A DNA stretch of 64,000 nt. Source: Botryllus schlosseri (lineage: Eukaryota). Location: positions 27,716,001 through 27,780,000 of the forward strand of contig CM119372.1 of NCBI GenBank assembly GCA_051294905.1, given 5' to 3'. The stretch's first letter is position 1, and each line of letters opens with the position of its first letter. The translations under genes were made by a program, and so were the position numbers. The notes under the pieces were generated by a model, which was given only the letters and a program-made list of their open reading frames with translations, made no database searches and was not told where the DNA came from. This document shows, in pieces, positions 1-12,945 of the stretch.

Positions 1-162
1 AGCGAAAATTCGTGGTTCGATCGAAAGTGACGACCTTTTTTTAGTCAACTTTTTAGTCAACAGCAAAAATACTGAAATCGGCTGTTTCCAGTCTTGCTCA
101 ACTAACTTTTCTGATTTGGTAAAAGTGTCCTCCTTTTCCGATTCTAAAATTTGGTAACCCTA
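1..162. mobile_element. Right end of a TAGGGTTACCA-type hAT MITE (truncated by window start)
   Basis: Ends in ...TTGGTAACCCTA, the same terminus type as the element at 37415-38524. Confidence 0.5.
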
Positions 163-680
163 GCTAAGAGATGTGTCCAAAATAGGAAGATCAAAGTATC
201 GAGATGCGGACTTTGCACATTAATGTCTTGAACTAAAGCCTATCGATATGGTGAATATTTTGCCGCACTTCACGAGATTTCCATAAGCAGTTTGCGGTTG
301 TTCTAACTGGCAACGGGATATGATTCCCAGGCGGGCAGAGTCATTTATGGTACTGTATACAAATAACGTATATTTTGCATTTCATTTTAAATGCATTTTA
401 CTAGGTTCAGTTCTGATACAAGGAAAGGCCAGAACGCAGTCCTCGTTATTATAGTTGTGAATAGCTCCACCCATCACGTGGGAAAGTCATTCTATGTCAC
501 TGGACAATTGGTGTTCATTTGGTTTGTATTTTAAATATATTCCACTGCGTCAATAGCGAGATCTAATGCAAATTCTACCTCCGTAGTATTGTGATGGTTA
601 TCTCCGTCAATCACGTGTGGGACTGGGGTTCGGTACCCGACAGGGAGAGTCATTTCCGCACAATATGTATATTCCTATAC

Positions 681-946
681 GTTGTTGTTTTTGTTGTATT
701 CAAGGTATTTGTCGACTACTATGGTCATTTACGGCAGGCCAATTTTCTTCATTATTATTCCGTAGCTGCCGACTTGTAGCACGGCTAAAATGTAGGCTTT
801 TTATATGACACCGCTTACACGAATCAAATGATGAGAAGGAGCCTAGATAAACCCCCAACATTTAAGTAGGGATTCTGGAGTGTCGGACTCGAACCCGCAA
901 CCCAATGATGTTGGAGCTCTGGATTATACCACTACGCTATCTCGCC
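681..946 (-). mobile_element. tRNA-derived SINE (family A)
   Basis: Minus strand reads GGCGAGATAGCGTAGTGG (A box) ... GGTTCGAGTCC (B box). Body is colinear with the copy at 15028-15305 and ends in a CAA-rich tail. Confidence 0.85.
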
Positions 947-1321
947 TCTATAATCGTATATGTACAATATTTTTGTGTTACCAATTCTTAATGAGGTAGT
1001 AAGCCTCGAAACTTCTAGTAGGCCTGTCAGCAACCCGAGTTTTGACAAGCCCTGGCCTGGCCTTCTTTACTTCTTTAAAATTCGCTAATACTTGTATCAA
1101 TGCTATTATTCTTACCTTGCCCTTGAACGCGGAAATGAATTCCGCAAAAGAAGAGTAAGGCAGCCAGTGACGTCATCAGGACACTATCCTGCAACTTTCT
1201 GGTTATATCCGCGGCGATTCGGAACAGCAAAAATACAAGACTAGTAAGATCAGCGTTATGCACTTTCAATGCCGAGTTCTTAGAGTATAGTAGTTGAATG
1301 TTAACGAATTATAATGGACAA

Positions 1322-3319
1322 CACTGGTCAACACAGTTTTTGTTGACTTTGATCAGGCAATTGATTATGACTAACTTTTGGGCGCTGAAATCAAAAATGA
1401 CTTGCGTTTTTCTCTATCACGTCAAGTTTTTGGGTTAGGCACCCCCACATTGCCTCAAAACCCACATAATAGCATTACTTTTATTATTCTGTGTTTATTG
1501 TATAGAACGTTTCAACAACTACAACCAGTCGAAAGTAAATCATGAGACTTCAACTAAACATTTGCATTGCTTTATTGGGCTGATACTGATATTGCTTCTA
1601 AAGGACAAATAAAGTGCGAGTTTCAGGGTCCAAATTCACGCTAATAACCCATAATTCTGTAGGTTGTCTATAGTTTGATACTCGAGCAATAGTCAGCTAA
1701 CATATATGAGCTCCAATCTACTCTGGTATCTTATCCCCATCATCTTCAGATGTTGGGGGACATTTTCTCCTTGGCCTTCTTTGACTATGTCAAGGTTTCC
1801 AGAGAAATTATTGAGATATTTTAGTTTTTTTTTAATGTCTGCTGTCCGACATAAACATATGGCAGATGCACACGTGTATCAGGGTTGCATGTGCTGTGCA
1901 TCCTTATTGTCTGAAAATCCAAGAAAACACAATATTTCAAAGCTGACACATACGATCCAATAGTGCTCGTGATATTGCAACAACTCTATGTTTCTGTATT
2001 GTTCTCAATGTTTCTGTATTATTCACGAAGACTAACTGAGTGTGCAATTGTTACTGCACCTAAGACGTTGCCATTTTGGAGAATGCCACACTTTAGGATC
2101 CTTTTTGAGCTACCTATAAACATTTGTCATTCACTTGAGTTCTTAGTGGGAATTCCAAACTCCTCTAGTAATCCATGGTGACAGTATCATGCCAATAGCA
2201 GTATCACCGCAATACAAAAAGCTACCGAAAGTAGGCCGACGAAGAAAAGGCTGATTCTCCTGATCGAAAGTGAGATACCTTCCCTACCTTGCCAAGTATT
2301 CTTTTCTCACTCTGTCAGGATGTTAAAAGTTCCGAAAATTTCTATTCCAAGTCCCAAAGCCTATGTCAGATCAATAACTTGTGTTGATGGACTACTCTAC
2401 ATTCTGAATCATCTGTTTTGACGAGTCATGTTTTTAGTTACCGTCCTTATTTGCAATCCGTTATTCTCCACGACAACTCTTAATTGCTCTTGTTTGATTT
2501 GATGGTTGGTTAATTTAATTGTTGCGCCGTCCGTTCTCGTTTACCTTTATATTTCACTGTTGCTGTTGTTTCATTCTCTATTTCGACTGCTATCGGACGA
2601 GCAAGCAATCTTGCGAATCTCGCCATTTAACGTATCTATATTCTGAACAAGCTATTCCGCATTCTGCGTTTTGGACTGCTTGTATTTGGGAACAGAAGAG
2701 ATTTGAGATACGCAACGCTTGCTTAGTATTCGTTGCCAGATTTAGTGTGCAGCAGACAGGATCCCGACACCTGATAAAGCGCCACTCATTGACTTTAGTG
2801 CCGCGTCGGAACAATTTTAAAATCTCTACATCATTGGGCCCACTATCCCTAAGATCTTCATCTTGATCCAAATTATCGAGCATATAGCAATCACACTGGA
2901 TAAGCTGAATAGGGCATTGGACCTATAGCTGATAGTAAATGTAATGTTTATTTTTCTTGCCATATCCTGCAATTTGCATCAAATATATGTGTAAAATATT
3001 CTCGGATGGTTGCATCCTCTAATCAAAAATGGGAGAAAGCATCGGCCTAGATCGATACCACTACCTTTATTCTTAATTAATCAATTGAACCCTTGGCTAG
3101 ATAACTTATTATATGGTAAAAGTGTGGATTTTATAAGGATGGAAAAGTAATAAAGCTAAATTCGTGAAAATTTGCATATTTTAAGCATATGTCGTTGAGC
3201 AAAAACTTGACGTGATAGAAGAGAAACAGTGGCATTTCTGAAATTAGCACGCCCAAATTAGCCCAAATCAAGTGCAAAATCGAAATCAACAATTTTTTGT
3301 TCAAAATTGTTGCCCAGTG
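1322..3319 (-). mobile_element. Decayed Chapaev3-type (CMC) DNA transposon
   Basis: TIRs CACTGGTCAACA / TGTTGCCCAGTG, inverted subterminal block (CTATCACGTCAAGTTTTTG), 3-bp flanks CAA/TAA, and internal transposase remnants. Confidence 0.8.
1680..2210 (-). pseudogene. Chapaev3-like transposase remnants
   Basis: Hand translation with stops and frameshifts gives QMFIGSSKRILKCGILQNGN..IAHSVSLRE, LQYHEHYWIVCV and FPENLDIVKEGQGENVPQHLKMMGIRYQ. These match recalled Chapaev3 motifs WRLFIDSSKxSLKxVLLHNGN and FPENLGAVSDEQGERFHQD. Confidence 0.75.
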
Positions 3320-4094
3320 TAATACATTGCCATCGTTTTTCGTGGTGAGGTAGCGGGAGTTGAACGGTCCTTATCTGAAACGCCAAGGCAAGCGTAAGGC
3401 AGACTTATTACTTTTATTATGAGACTTCCATGTGATATGTAACTCTCCTTGTGTAGCACTAATAAGCACTGTATTTCAGACACCAATAGTTCCAAGGCAG
3501 ATGACACATTTGGTTCTCTTTTTGAACTCGGAAGCAAACAGTACTCATATTTTTTATTAAAGTAACCTGCTGCAGGTTTGTCTCTATCTCGCTTTTCATG
3601 GATATTATAATAACCAATCGAAACTTAATGAAGTGTCGGAGGATATATGCGTGTTGCTGTTGCAGAGCAATGTACAGTAGGCCTATAGATTTACTAATAC
3701 TGGTTACTAGCCACCCAATTAAAAAACGTCACAAGACGTTGTTGTTGGCGACTCGACAGTGTTTGCGTCTGACTCGTTATTGCATCAAGCCAATAGCCAT
3801 TTGTTGCGATCATCCACGTAGTTAGCCACCGAGAGGTCATTCGTGAGGCCATATTATGGTATGGAAACTGATAATGATGTCCGCATAAGATAATATAATT
3901 GTGATCTTGTTCACTGTTGTGTAACTAAAATTATACCCTCAGCATGGACATTATCGCATGTTATTTCCGAATTCTCAAGCCGGCGGACGCTGACGAGCCG
4001 CGAGTTAGTGACCGCTGTCTTATACGAAGATATCAGCTTAACGGGGATATGTAGGCCTATTTACGTCAACATTGATGCTGAAGAATTTACAGCT

Positions 4095-4460
4095 TTGTGA
4101 CGTCACATAAGTGGAAAATTGCCAATTGAGAATATAGGGTTAATATGACTCCTTTGACGAATAGGGCTGCCGATCCCTGTCGTAAACGGACCAGAAATAT
4201 GTTTGACCATATCTACGTCATGATGTAGCATTTTTACGGTCGACGTTCATCATCGTGCTGGCTGCATATTCATTAACGCGTATTGACAGAATTATGGCAT
4301 AATTATATACCACTTTAAAAAATATTTTTTCGTCTTTCAATACAACATCGTACTGCAATAGATCATTTATTAGAACTGGAAGACTTTTCGGGTGCCTCTT
4401 TTCAAGTGTTATCGGCCCACTAAATTTTTTTAAACACTGTTCGTTTTAAATGCAACCCTA
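4095..4460. mobile_element. Partial copy of TAGGGTTACATTT MITE family
   Basis: Colinear with 21880-22193 and ends in TTTTAAATGCAACCCTA. Confidence 0.6.
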
Positions 4461-4699
4461 GGTACAGCGAACTATGACGTTGCATGGTTGCCTGCGCGAT
4501 AGCAACTTTGATTTTGCAACTTTACAAATTATACAAACTTTAAAACTTATCGCGATCGACTGATTATAGATTCGACCGATGAATACCCCGAAAAAATGCA
4601 ACCATAGGCAAGGTGAATTATGACATTGCACGGTTGCCGGCGAACCCTCATCTATATGATCCGCTTAGCGATCACTAAATATCATTTCTACCCGTAACG

Positions 4700-4792
4700 A
4701 GTACAAAACAAAAATACTGGTTGTCAAAGACTTTAATGCCACCCATAAAGAGTACAAAAGAAAAACACTGGTTGTCAAAGACTTTAATGCCA
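4700..4792 (+). repeat. ~50-bp tandem duplication, possibly in a LINE endonuclease fragment
   Basis: GAGTACAAAA..AAAA.ACTGGTTGTCAAAGACTTTAATGCCA occurs twice. It translates LVVKDFNA(NH), resembling the APE GDFNAHH motif. Confidence 0.5.
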
Positions 4793-6069
4793 ATCACACC
4801 GCTTACAAAAAGGGGGAGAATCCATCGACAGCACGATTAGCGAAAATACTCTAGTAATTGTGGTTTGGACTCTTTCGAATACATCTTTGGATATCGCTCA
4901 TAGAGTCACCACCGCAGTAACCTGGCACTTCAGGTAAAGTAATCATTGTGTCGTACTAAGTAGTTTAGACGTGAAATTAGAATTACGAGCTAATGGATAA
5001 AATCCTAAATCGAATTTCCAGAGGTCGGATTCAACAAATTTGCTGCAACGGCAGATGAAATTACAACTATAAATGCAAGTGATTTAACACGAAACAAATG
5101 CACCAAACTGATTGCACGCCAGTATTGCAGTCCATTACCCTTTAGCATCTGCAACCTGTATTCATGGTAATGTACCTCTACCCTGGTAGAATGAGGATTG
5201 CACTGTCGGTGCACCGCTAATCTTAAATTGAAACTAACTTTCTCCCACTTGGATGATTTACTTTAGATGCCTTAACCTCCAAATTGAAGACGAACAATGC
5301 TTGGTGGAGTATTTGAGTAAATTCGAAAAGTCTCCGACGCATTCAACCAACCTATCAACATAAAATCTCTCACATTGGTCGATTGTATCATATGCGTTAT
5401 TGTAATTGACTCCATGCCGTAAATAGAATTAAAGTTATTGGTCACGGGTACATAAACATGGTTGTAATGTATACAGTGTGCATCATTTAAAGCACGAAAG
5501 TATGCTCTCCCAGGCGTGCAAAAGTGTATCGGGGTAAATGAAAACAATATCTCTGCAACGAAATGCTGTGGACGGCCCAGAATGCTCTGATGTGCAAAAA
5601 TCCAAGTATACCTAATCCGAAAAACACTACTGTCATTATGTATATGGGCTCAGTCAGTCGCTTGCAATCCTGTTGCTGTTGCAGCGATCAAACCAGAAAC
5701 CAGTGCTTTCACGTTGCGTATTCGAATATTCGAAATCGTAATGGCAATATTCGCCGTTGCGGGGTCGAGCTTGAAGGAGTTAAAATCAAACCTATTGATT
5801 CGATTGAATATTATATAGTAAGCGCCTGTTGTGCACAGACATGGGTGCCGCAGTTTACAACGGCAAAGCAGTTTCACCAACAGGCGCTTACCTTGGCTAG
5901 ACATTCCGCGCGTACCGTTTATTAATTGCGGGTATGCGGTATACATCTATTTTCGTCAATAATACACACTGGCACGGCAATACTTTGGTTTGAAAAAATA
6001 TTACTATGTAATATATATTTTGCAAAACGTGCTGGTTTTTATCTCAGAAAGTTTACGACCTCTAAGATG

Positions 6070-7333
6070 CAGAGGTGGTCAAAGTAGTCAAGAAATCTAC
6101 TCAAGTAGAAGTAGCGACGAAGAAATCTACTCAAGTAAGAGTAGAAGTAATTCTTTCATAAGCAACCTAAAACTGCTTGAAGTAGAAGTAGAATTGACTG
6201 ACTTTAAATCTACTCAAGTAAGTAAGTAGTTTTGTGAACGATCGTAATTCGTTCGCATGGACTGTCAAAAGCTGCAAATTGATATGCGGAAGGTGCAGTG
6301 TAAAGAGCTTGATTCATATTGATGCATCACAGGAGGTGTCAATTTTTAACAGAATAAGCAGTCGTCAATATCATGGGATGTCAATGATAGCATTGATGTG
6401 GAATGCGGTATTAATTCTTTGTTTACTCAAACACCCCGTTTTAGAGAATATTATGGCATGGCGCCCTCCCCAATATTATAAAGCCCCTAGTTTAGTCGAA
6501 GAGCAATACGGAGAAGTTGTGTCGGATACGGCTTTAACACTTTGCACCATTAGTATACGTTAATTAAAAATATGGCGGATCGTAAAAATGCCATATAGTG
6601 TATAGCTTCATATTCGGAAAACTGCACTTGCTTTAATACATCAGCATGTATGTTTTCCAGATAAAAGATCTGACACTATGATTAGAACTCAACGTATAAT
6701 GGTCGAAGTTGAAAGAACAATATAAATACTACTTCTAAAAAGCAGAAATATGATCCATGTATTTTGTACAGAAAGTTTCAACTGTGATCTGCTAAAACTG
6801 GTCTAAGGTAAAAAAAGTCAAAGTGAACTTGTCCAGATTTGGACACGTCATGGGCTGTTAGGTATAAAAGGTTATTGCCAGATTGCGAGACGATAGTTTC
6901 AAACGTTATGGGGGGCCATACTTACTGTGTTGAAATATTTGGTACAGGTGACAATGAGGCGTGAACGGAACCACGCAACCCCGTATCTAAATTATATTCA
7001 GCAATACTTTCGTAAAAACGTATCTGTCACACCATATCTACTGCACGCGAAGAGCAACGAAAATTCTGGGTATTACATGACATTTATGAACATTAAATGT
7101 TGGTGCCACGTGAAAACAGTCCCGAAATTCGTTAGGCTACCTTTCTTATTGGGAGATTAAACTACTACTACTTGACAAGCTGAAAATAGCGAAAATTAAG
7201 TAAGTAGTCCATAAAATATTACAAAGTAGAAGAAGTAGCGAAAATCATATCTACTTGAGAACGTAGCAGAAGTAGAGAAAAACTACTTGAGTACTTCGAA
7301 AAAGTAGAAGTACTTCGTTACTGACCACCTCTG
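6070..7333. mobile_element. Non-autonomous hAT-type element (CAGAGGTGGTCA TIR)
   Basis: 12-bp TIRs, perfect 8-bp TSD CTAAGATG (6062-6069, 7334-7341), AAGTAG-rich subterminal repeats. Confidence 0.9.
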
Positions 7334-7748
7334 CTAAGATGGACTTCACAAATTTAAACAGGAGAATCAACTCAATTAGAGATGTTGGTTTCGACAAACG
7401 GCGCGCTGAGTAAACAATCTCATCTGTTATCTCCCGAATATACCGAGAAAATATATGTTCTATGCATCCTTCTAAAAAAATATTATTTTTTAATCTCAAG
7501 TAGTGTGGTTTGAAACGTTTATGGCACCCAATAAAATAATGCCACGTCATCCTAATTGCTATGCCCATTTCCGCGCCCATTGCCCCATCTACATTTTCGT
7601 GTATCGTATTAAAAACAACCTATGCCGGATTTCAACTTTAGTTGTATGACTCAAATTTCACGATGCTTACCACCCAGTCAACAAAATTGGATGTGATCAC
7701 CCTGCGTGTTATACGCATTCGATGTCGCATATTCATTAACCCTTTCCT

Positions 7749-9696
7749 CAGTGGCGGCTCGTCCTATAGGGCAACTGGGGCATTGCCCCACCTAAAATTC
7801 TGTTCAATAACAATTCTTCACCATTTATAGACGCACACCTATCTATATAAACCGAAATCACAGCGAAAATCGTATACTTCTTGTCCTTTCGCTTGTAAAT
7901 GCCCATATATAGCGAAGTCTCTACAAAAATCGAATTCTCTTCTGCGTTTTCGCTTTGCGAATGCCTAGCCGGGGCTTGCCCCGGTAGCGCTCATAACAAG
8001 CTTTAACTGTCTATTCTCTCAAAGCCGCGCACAATAAAGAAACGGTGATTTACTCTCTCCTATTCATAAAATTGCCGAGCAACCGGGGCACGATAGCTCT
8101 GTGCCGTTAAGGTGTGATGTAACAATCGTATCTATAGCTGAACTCTGTTACCGTCATATGCGTTTAGTCGACCTTTGCTGGTATAGGTCGATTTTAATGG
8201 GGTTTCACACCATGAAAACTCTTGAAACTTGTTATGTCATGTCGTGATGGTGTTATTTAACACTGCCCCAAGTTTCAGGGTTTCTACTTAAAGTTTAGGG
8301 TAGTAATTCCGTTTCTGAAGTTGAGTGTGTGCTGATCCGTCATGTATCGCAAACAGATTTTACTCAAAAGCCGGTATTGGTATCCGTTGGTTTTGACGAT
8401 GTTCAATACTGAGATCGGTTATGACATTTGGCACGGTAAGTCTTAATGTTAGTATCGAACGCTGTACCAAGTTTTAAGTTTGTCACTGAACTGTGTTAGT
8501 GGTAATTTCGTTTCGTAATTCGAGTGAGAGCTGACTCGTCATTTATCGCTAACAGATTATACGCAAAGCCGGTATTGGTCTCTATTGATTTTAACGATGC
8601 TCCTTACCTAGATCCGTCATAAGCTTTTGTAAGGTATGTCTTGATTTTAGTATCGAACGCTGTGCCAAGTCTCAAGGTTGACACTCAATGATTAGGGCAG
8701 TAATTTCGTTATCAAGGTCGAGTATGGTAAAGATGTGCTCCGATCTGACACTTTAGCCTACAACACATTGCGGATTTCACGCAAAAGCCGGTGTATCTGC
8801 GGTAACGTTAACTGAGATGATGATATCTTTCTCAGTTTGCATTCAAATATTTACTTTGATATTATATTCTCCAATGTCAATTTCACCGTGAAATTGTGGC
8901 CTTCAAGCCATTTGCTTACAACCCCCTGTCAAGCGCAATAGGTACCGTATTTCGTTTTCGATGGCGGCTAACAGCTGATCACTTGATCAGCCTATTCCTC
9001 AGTAAAATTTACGCAAAATTCGGTGTTGGTCTGTTCGCATTAATTTTGACAGTGTACCGTACCGAAAAGGGCCATGAGGCCACTTCTCGATAATGTCATG
9101 TAACAGTGTACCAAGTTCAAGGCTTTCATCCACGTATTTATTCGGTAATATATTTTCCAAAGGCGATTTCGCAGCAGACCTATAAGACAGTAATAAAAAC
9201 GTATGTGTCGTGTTACAGTCTCCAGTTTCAAGGCCAAAATCTCTTATGCTGTACCGACTACCGAGACCAAATTTCCGAGGCTGCTATTCTTAGTTCTTTA
9301 GAATGATGTTTTGGATTCAATAGGACAGGCCCAATCTATGAGATAACAATCGCGTATCTGTCCGAATTCGTTGACCTTTCCAACTAGGCTTACGCTATCT
9401 CTCGAGTTATAGTCATTTCCATTTCTGCAGATAATTAGTCAGGTCTAATGCGAACATGAGCCGTGTTGAATCTTTGTTCCGTACGCCGTTTACGCAGTTA
9501 CCACACTTCAAGTCAGAGCTCACCAGCGGACCTCTCGTGGCACATACGTTAAAATCACTGTTGCCGGGAAATTCATGTTACCGTACCATCATTAAGTTAC
9601 TTGTTTACGTTGGAAAACGCCATTGTGACGTCATCTTGATAAAAAGTCGCTTGCAGCCCTTGCCCCACCACCCGATATTGTCACGAGCCGCCACTG
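7749..9696 (+). mobile_element. Non-autonomous internal-deletion relative of the hAT element at 45503-50081
   Basis: TIR CAGTGGCGGCTCGT, perfect 8-bp TSD CCTTTCCT. Colinear with both ends of the long copy and keeps the first transposase codons (MSRVESLFRTPFTQLP vs MNPVESLLRTPFSQLP). Confidence 0.95.
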
Positions 9697-9919
9697 CCTT
9701 TCCTTACTGCAGCTTACAACCGCTATTAACCCTGTCGTCACTTGAAGCATTGTTGATGTCTGGCAGATATACTAACCTTCCATCAAGTCATCACAATTTG
9801 GACAATACTTTTTCATTGCCAATGTTAGTCTTGTTGAAATTCATCACGAGCAACAAAGCATACAAAGTACAGTAAAAATTGAGAAAGCCAGCTATAGGAA
9901 ATACCGAAAACGAAACATA

Positions 9920-10335
9920 AATTCCATACCAGTTCCTAATCAGTTGAAAAGTTGCAAAAGAATTCATCGTGTATATATATAACACAGTTCAAATAAAGAC
10001 TTCCTGTCTTATGAGTTCCAAAAAATGAAACATTGACTTAATACAAGCTTCTCTAATCAGTCGAAAATATCGCACAATAGTGCGAATAGAGACAGTACAG
10101 AACACTCAAAATTGATTTAATATCAACTCCTAATCAGCTGTACGTTGCACATGATCACGGACCATAGTAAAAACAGTTCGAATAACTAATTCGACTCTAA
10201 TGGAGTACATAACACGATAAATTGATTTAATGTAAGCTCCGAACCAGTTGAAAAAGTCGCACAGAGCGCAAAAACATACTTCGGACATTGATCTAATACC
10301 AGCTTATAATCAGTTGATAAGTTACACAAGTTAAA
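9920..10335. repeat. Degenerate minisatellite
   Basis: About five recurrences of ATTGA(T/C)TTAATA..A(G/A)CT.CTAATCAGTTGAAAA-like units. Confidence 0.55.
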
Positions 10336-10556
10336 CAATTATACCTAAAATTAAACATCTGATAATATAACATTCATGCCAAGTTCAACTATATACAGGC
10401 ATACCTTAAGATTTGGTGCGTGGAAATTAACCATACACCACACAGTCAGCTGACATTTGAGCATGAGACACTTACGAGTGTATATGTGACTTCGTCACCT
10501 GGAAAGCAGCTCTAGCTTCAATGCACATGTGAAAGTTTTGCACTCTACGGTTTCAC

Positions 10557-10890
10557 CATAGTGTCCTATATGGTGTCGACACAGGCAAATCTCACGCCTC
10601 AGTGAAATTGTATAACGTCACAATTTCCGATTGGCTACAGGCAATTTGACGGCCATTTTTGACCAGCTTGCCGAGCATTAAATTTGGTAAAACAGGTATC
10701 AATCGAAAGCTGGCTCTGCACTGATTACGAAAAGATATATTTTATTCCGCTCGTGGCCCTGAAACTCCCAAAATCAGCCTTGAATTTTTCATTGTTATGG
10801 AGATTGGCATTGGAACGCAACAATGCTATCTGGCGAAACGAGAGAGTAACTCAAGAGAAAAAGAACCGGATCGTCGCCACCTCTGGTCTA
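10557..10890. mobile_element. Left arm of CATAGTGTC foldback element
   Basis: Matches the arms of the element at 40342-42147. Confidence 0.75.
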
Positions 10891-10892
10891 TA

Positions 10893-11013
10893 AGCAAAGC
10901 TTTGCTAGTGTGACGTCATATTGACAGACAGTGGGCTCATAACTCATTTTAAAATCCACTAGTGGGTGCTAAATAGTGTCCGGAATTCGGGTCACAGAAA
11001 TATGGTAACCCTA
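10893..11013. mobile_element. Solo right end of TAGGGTTGCCA hAT family
   Basis: Matches 38405-38524 and ends ATGGTAACCCTA. Confidence 0.75.
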
Positions 11014-11827
11014 ATGTAGAACTACTTTGATCTGCTCTAAAATTTTGTGACGAATGACGAGTGTGAAATCCGCATGCTGGAGGGCCACTGGAACAAACTC
11101 AAGAAGAAGCGCCTGTCCACGAGTCTTAACAGGCATATATCCATGTAATAGAATAGGCTACTTGAGAAGTCCAGGCATTGTAACTCAGAGATTCGGTTTG
11201 GCCACGTGGATAGAGACCATAGACGGGATCTGACATACATCAAAAAGATGATTAGCTCAGTTGTGTATAAACTGAATAGTTGTTATTGTCACCTGCTTCT
11301 TTAATGATATATCCCACTCGTGTGCAGTGTTTGCTTTAACGAAATCTTCCGCATATTGCTCTCCTTTATTATTATCCAATTCATCATACATATCGGTTAC
11401 CCACCACCACTAAACTACACGCACCAAGATAAAATAATGATATGAATAGGGCTACTACTAAATCTCCTGAAAAATAATTTTCGCACTGCCAAAAATCGCA
11501 AGTTATCGGATCCTTCATACGTCAGATCTGTTAAGCATTCTCGCTCAATTATTCTGAATATTCCGAGGCGAAGTAATAAGTTACAGTTTGCGGCTGAGCA
11601 GCTGAAATCCGAATCGTCGTGCAAACCGTAAACAAACTAATTATTGCCAACGATGACTGCTGTTATCGACAATAACATTTGATTACCAAGCTTGGAAAAC
11701 ATTTCGCTAACAGACTCTTCTTCCTCTTGAGTAGGTCTTGAGCCGAAAAATGTTCAACGATGAACGTAATTCATATTCGATCATCATACAATCGCAAGAT
11801 AGGCTACTTCACCGGTATGGCTTGAAT

Positions 11828-11948
11828 CAGACTTGGACAACTAGATAATTCTAGTTGGCTAATTTCAATAAATTAGATCGAAATGCCGGTAATCTAATTC
11901 TAATCTAATTTGGTAAAGCTGATCATTTTCTAGTTGTCCAAGTCTGCC
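11828..11948. mobile_element. Mini-MITE (CAGACTTGGACAACTAGA TIR)
   Basis: 18-bp inverted repeats flanked by direct repeat GCTTGAAT. The same terminus starts a longer AATTAG-rich element at ~31870. Confidence 0.7.
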
Positions 11949-12945
11949 GCTTGAATCAAATCAGACTTACGTTTGAAACAGTAAACAATATCCGATGGGC
12001 AATGACATCACAATTACTCCGCGATCAAGTGCCAACAAACCTGACAAAGTGAGACCTTAGAGAAAACAAGGTGAAGTCACGTGATATTTGACGAAATTTG
12101 TTTGCTTGATAAAGCCATCACCAATCTGTCCGGTCGCAATCGATCTTTCGAATTCGAGAGCAAGCAGGCTTTGTACATCAGAGGTGCCGCCTCACTATAG
12201 TGAGGACACGGCTGCGGCCCCCTCTCTCCTTCACTGTTTGCGGCTAGTTCAGCATTAAATAAACACACTTTTGTTGAGAATATCAATGCCGACCGACTGC
12301 CACTTTTAAATTCCGCGAATGTACCCAATAATTGAGATCATAAGAGATTTGCGATATATGCCGCATCATTCAAATAGCGCAGTATGTATATCAGAAATTT
12401 CACGACGCTTACCACTATACTATCGAAAAGATTTGGCGTACTTGGCTGTTTTGAGAATATCAATGCCGACCAATTACCGTACTAGACGTCAGAACGTAAA
12501 CATTCAATTATGATACACTCTAAGTTTGGAAGTGTTGCTCAACCCGGAAAATTGAACACGAAACGTGATCCAAAGATTGAACGCCTAGAAGTGCTTAAAT
12601 TAAAACTTTTTACCTAAAAAGTGTTCAGTCTCAAATTGGCTGGTTGACTAGTCATCGGAACCCAGGGCTCAAAATAAACTCAGATTTTATTTATTCATTA
12701 ATAAATGACGCCTATAATACCCAAACTGGGTGATCAAATACGTACAAACATTCAAATTTACGATAGCTGCTGTGACAGGGTTTCATAAATTCAAATCAGC
12801 AGTTGAAATCGTTTCCGGAATAGTCCATGAAATCACGAACATCACAAATGATTAAGAGCAAACTCACTACAAATATCATGCATGCAACTCGCTCAATCTG
12901 GAAAATGAATACATTGGGATAGTGATAACAAAATATCATTTAGTA

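Noticed and set aside
11040..11260. Possible RTE-like LINE tail (FVTNDE...RFGHVDR)
   Set aside because: The similarity is too short and interrupted to support a call.
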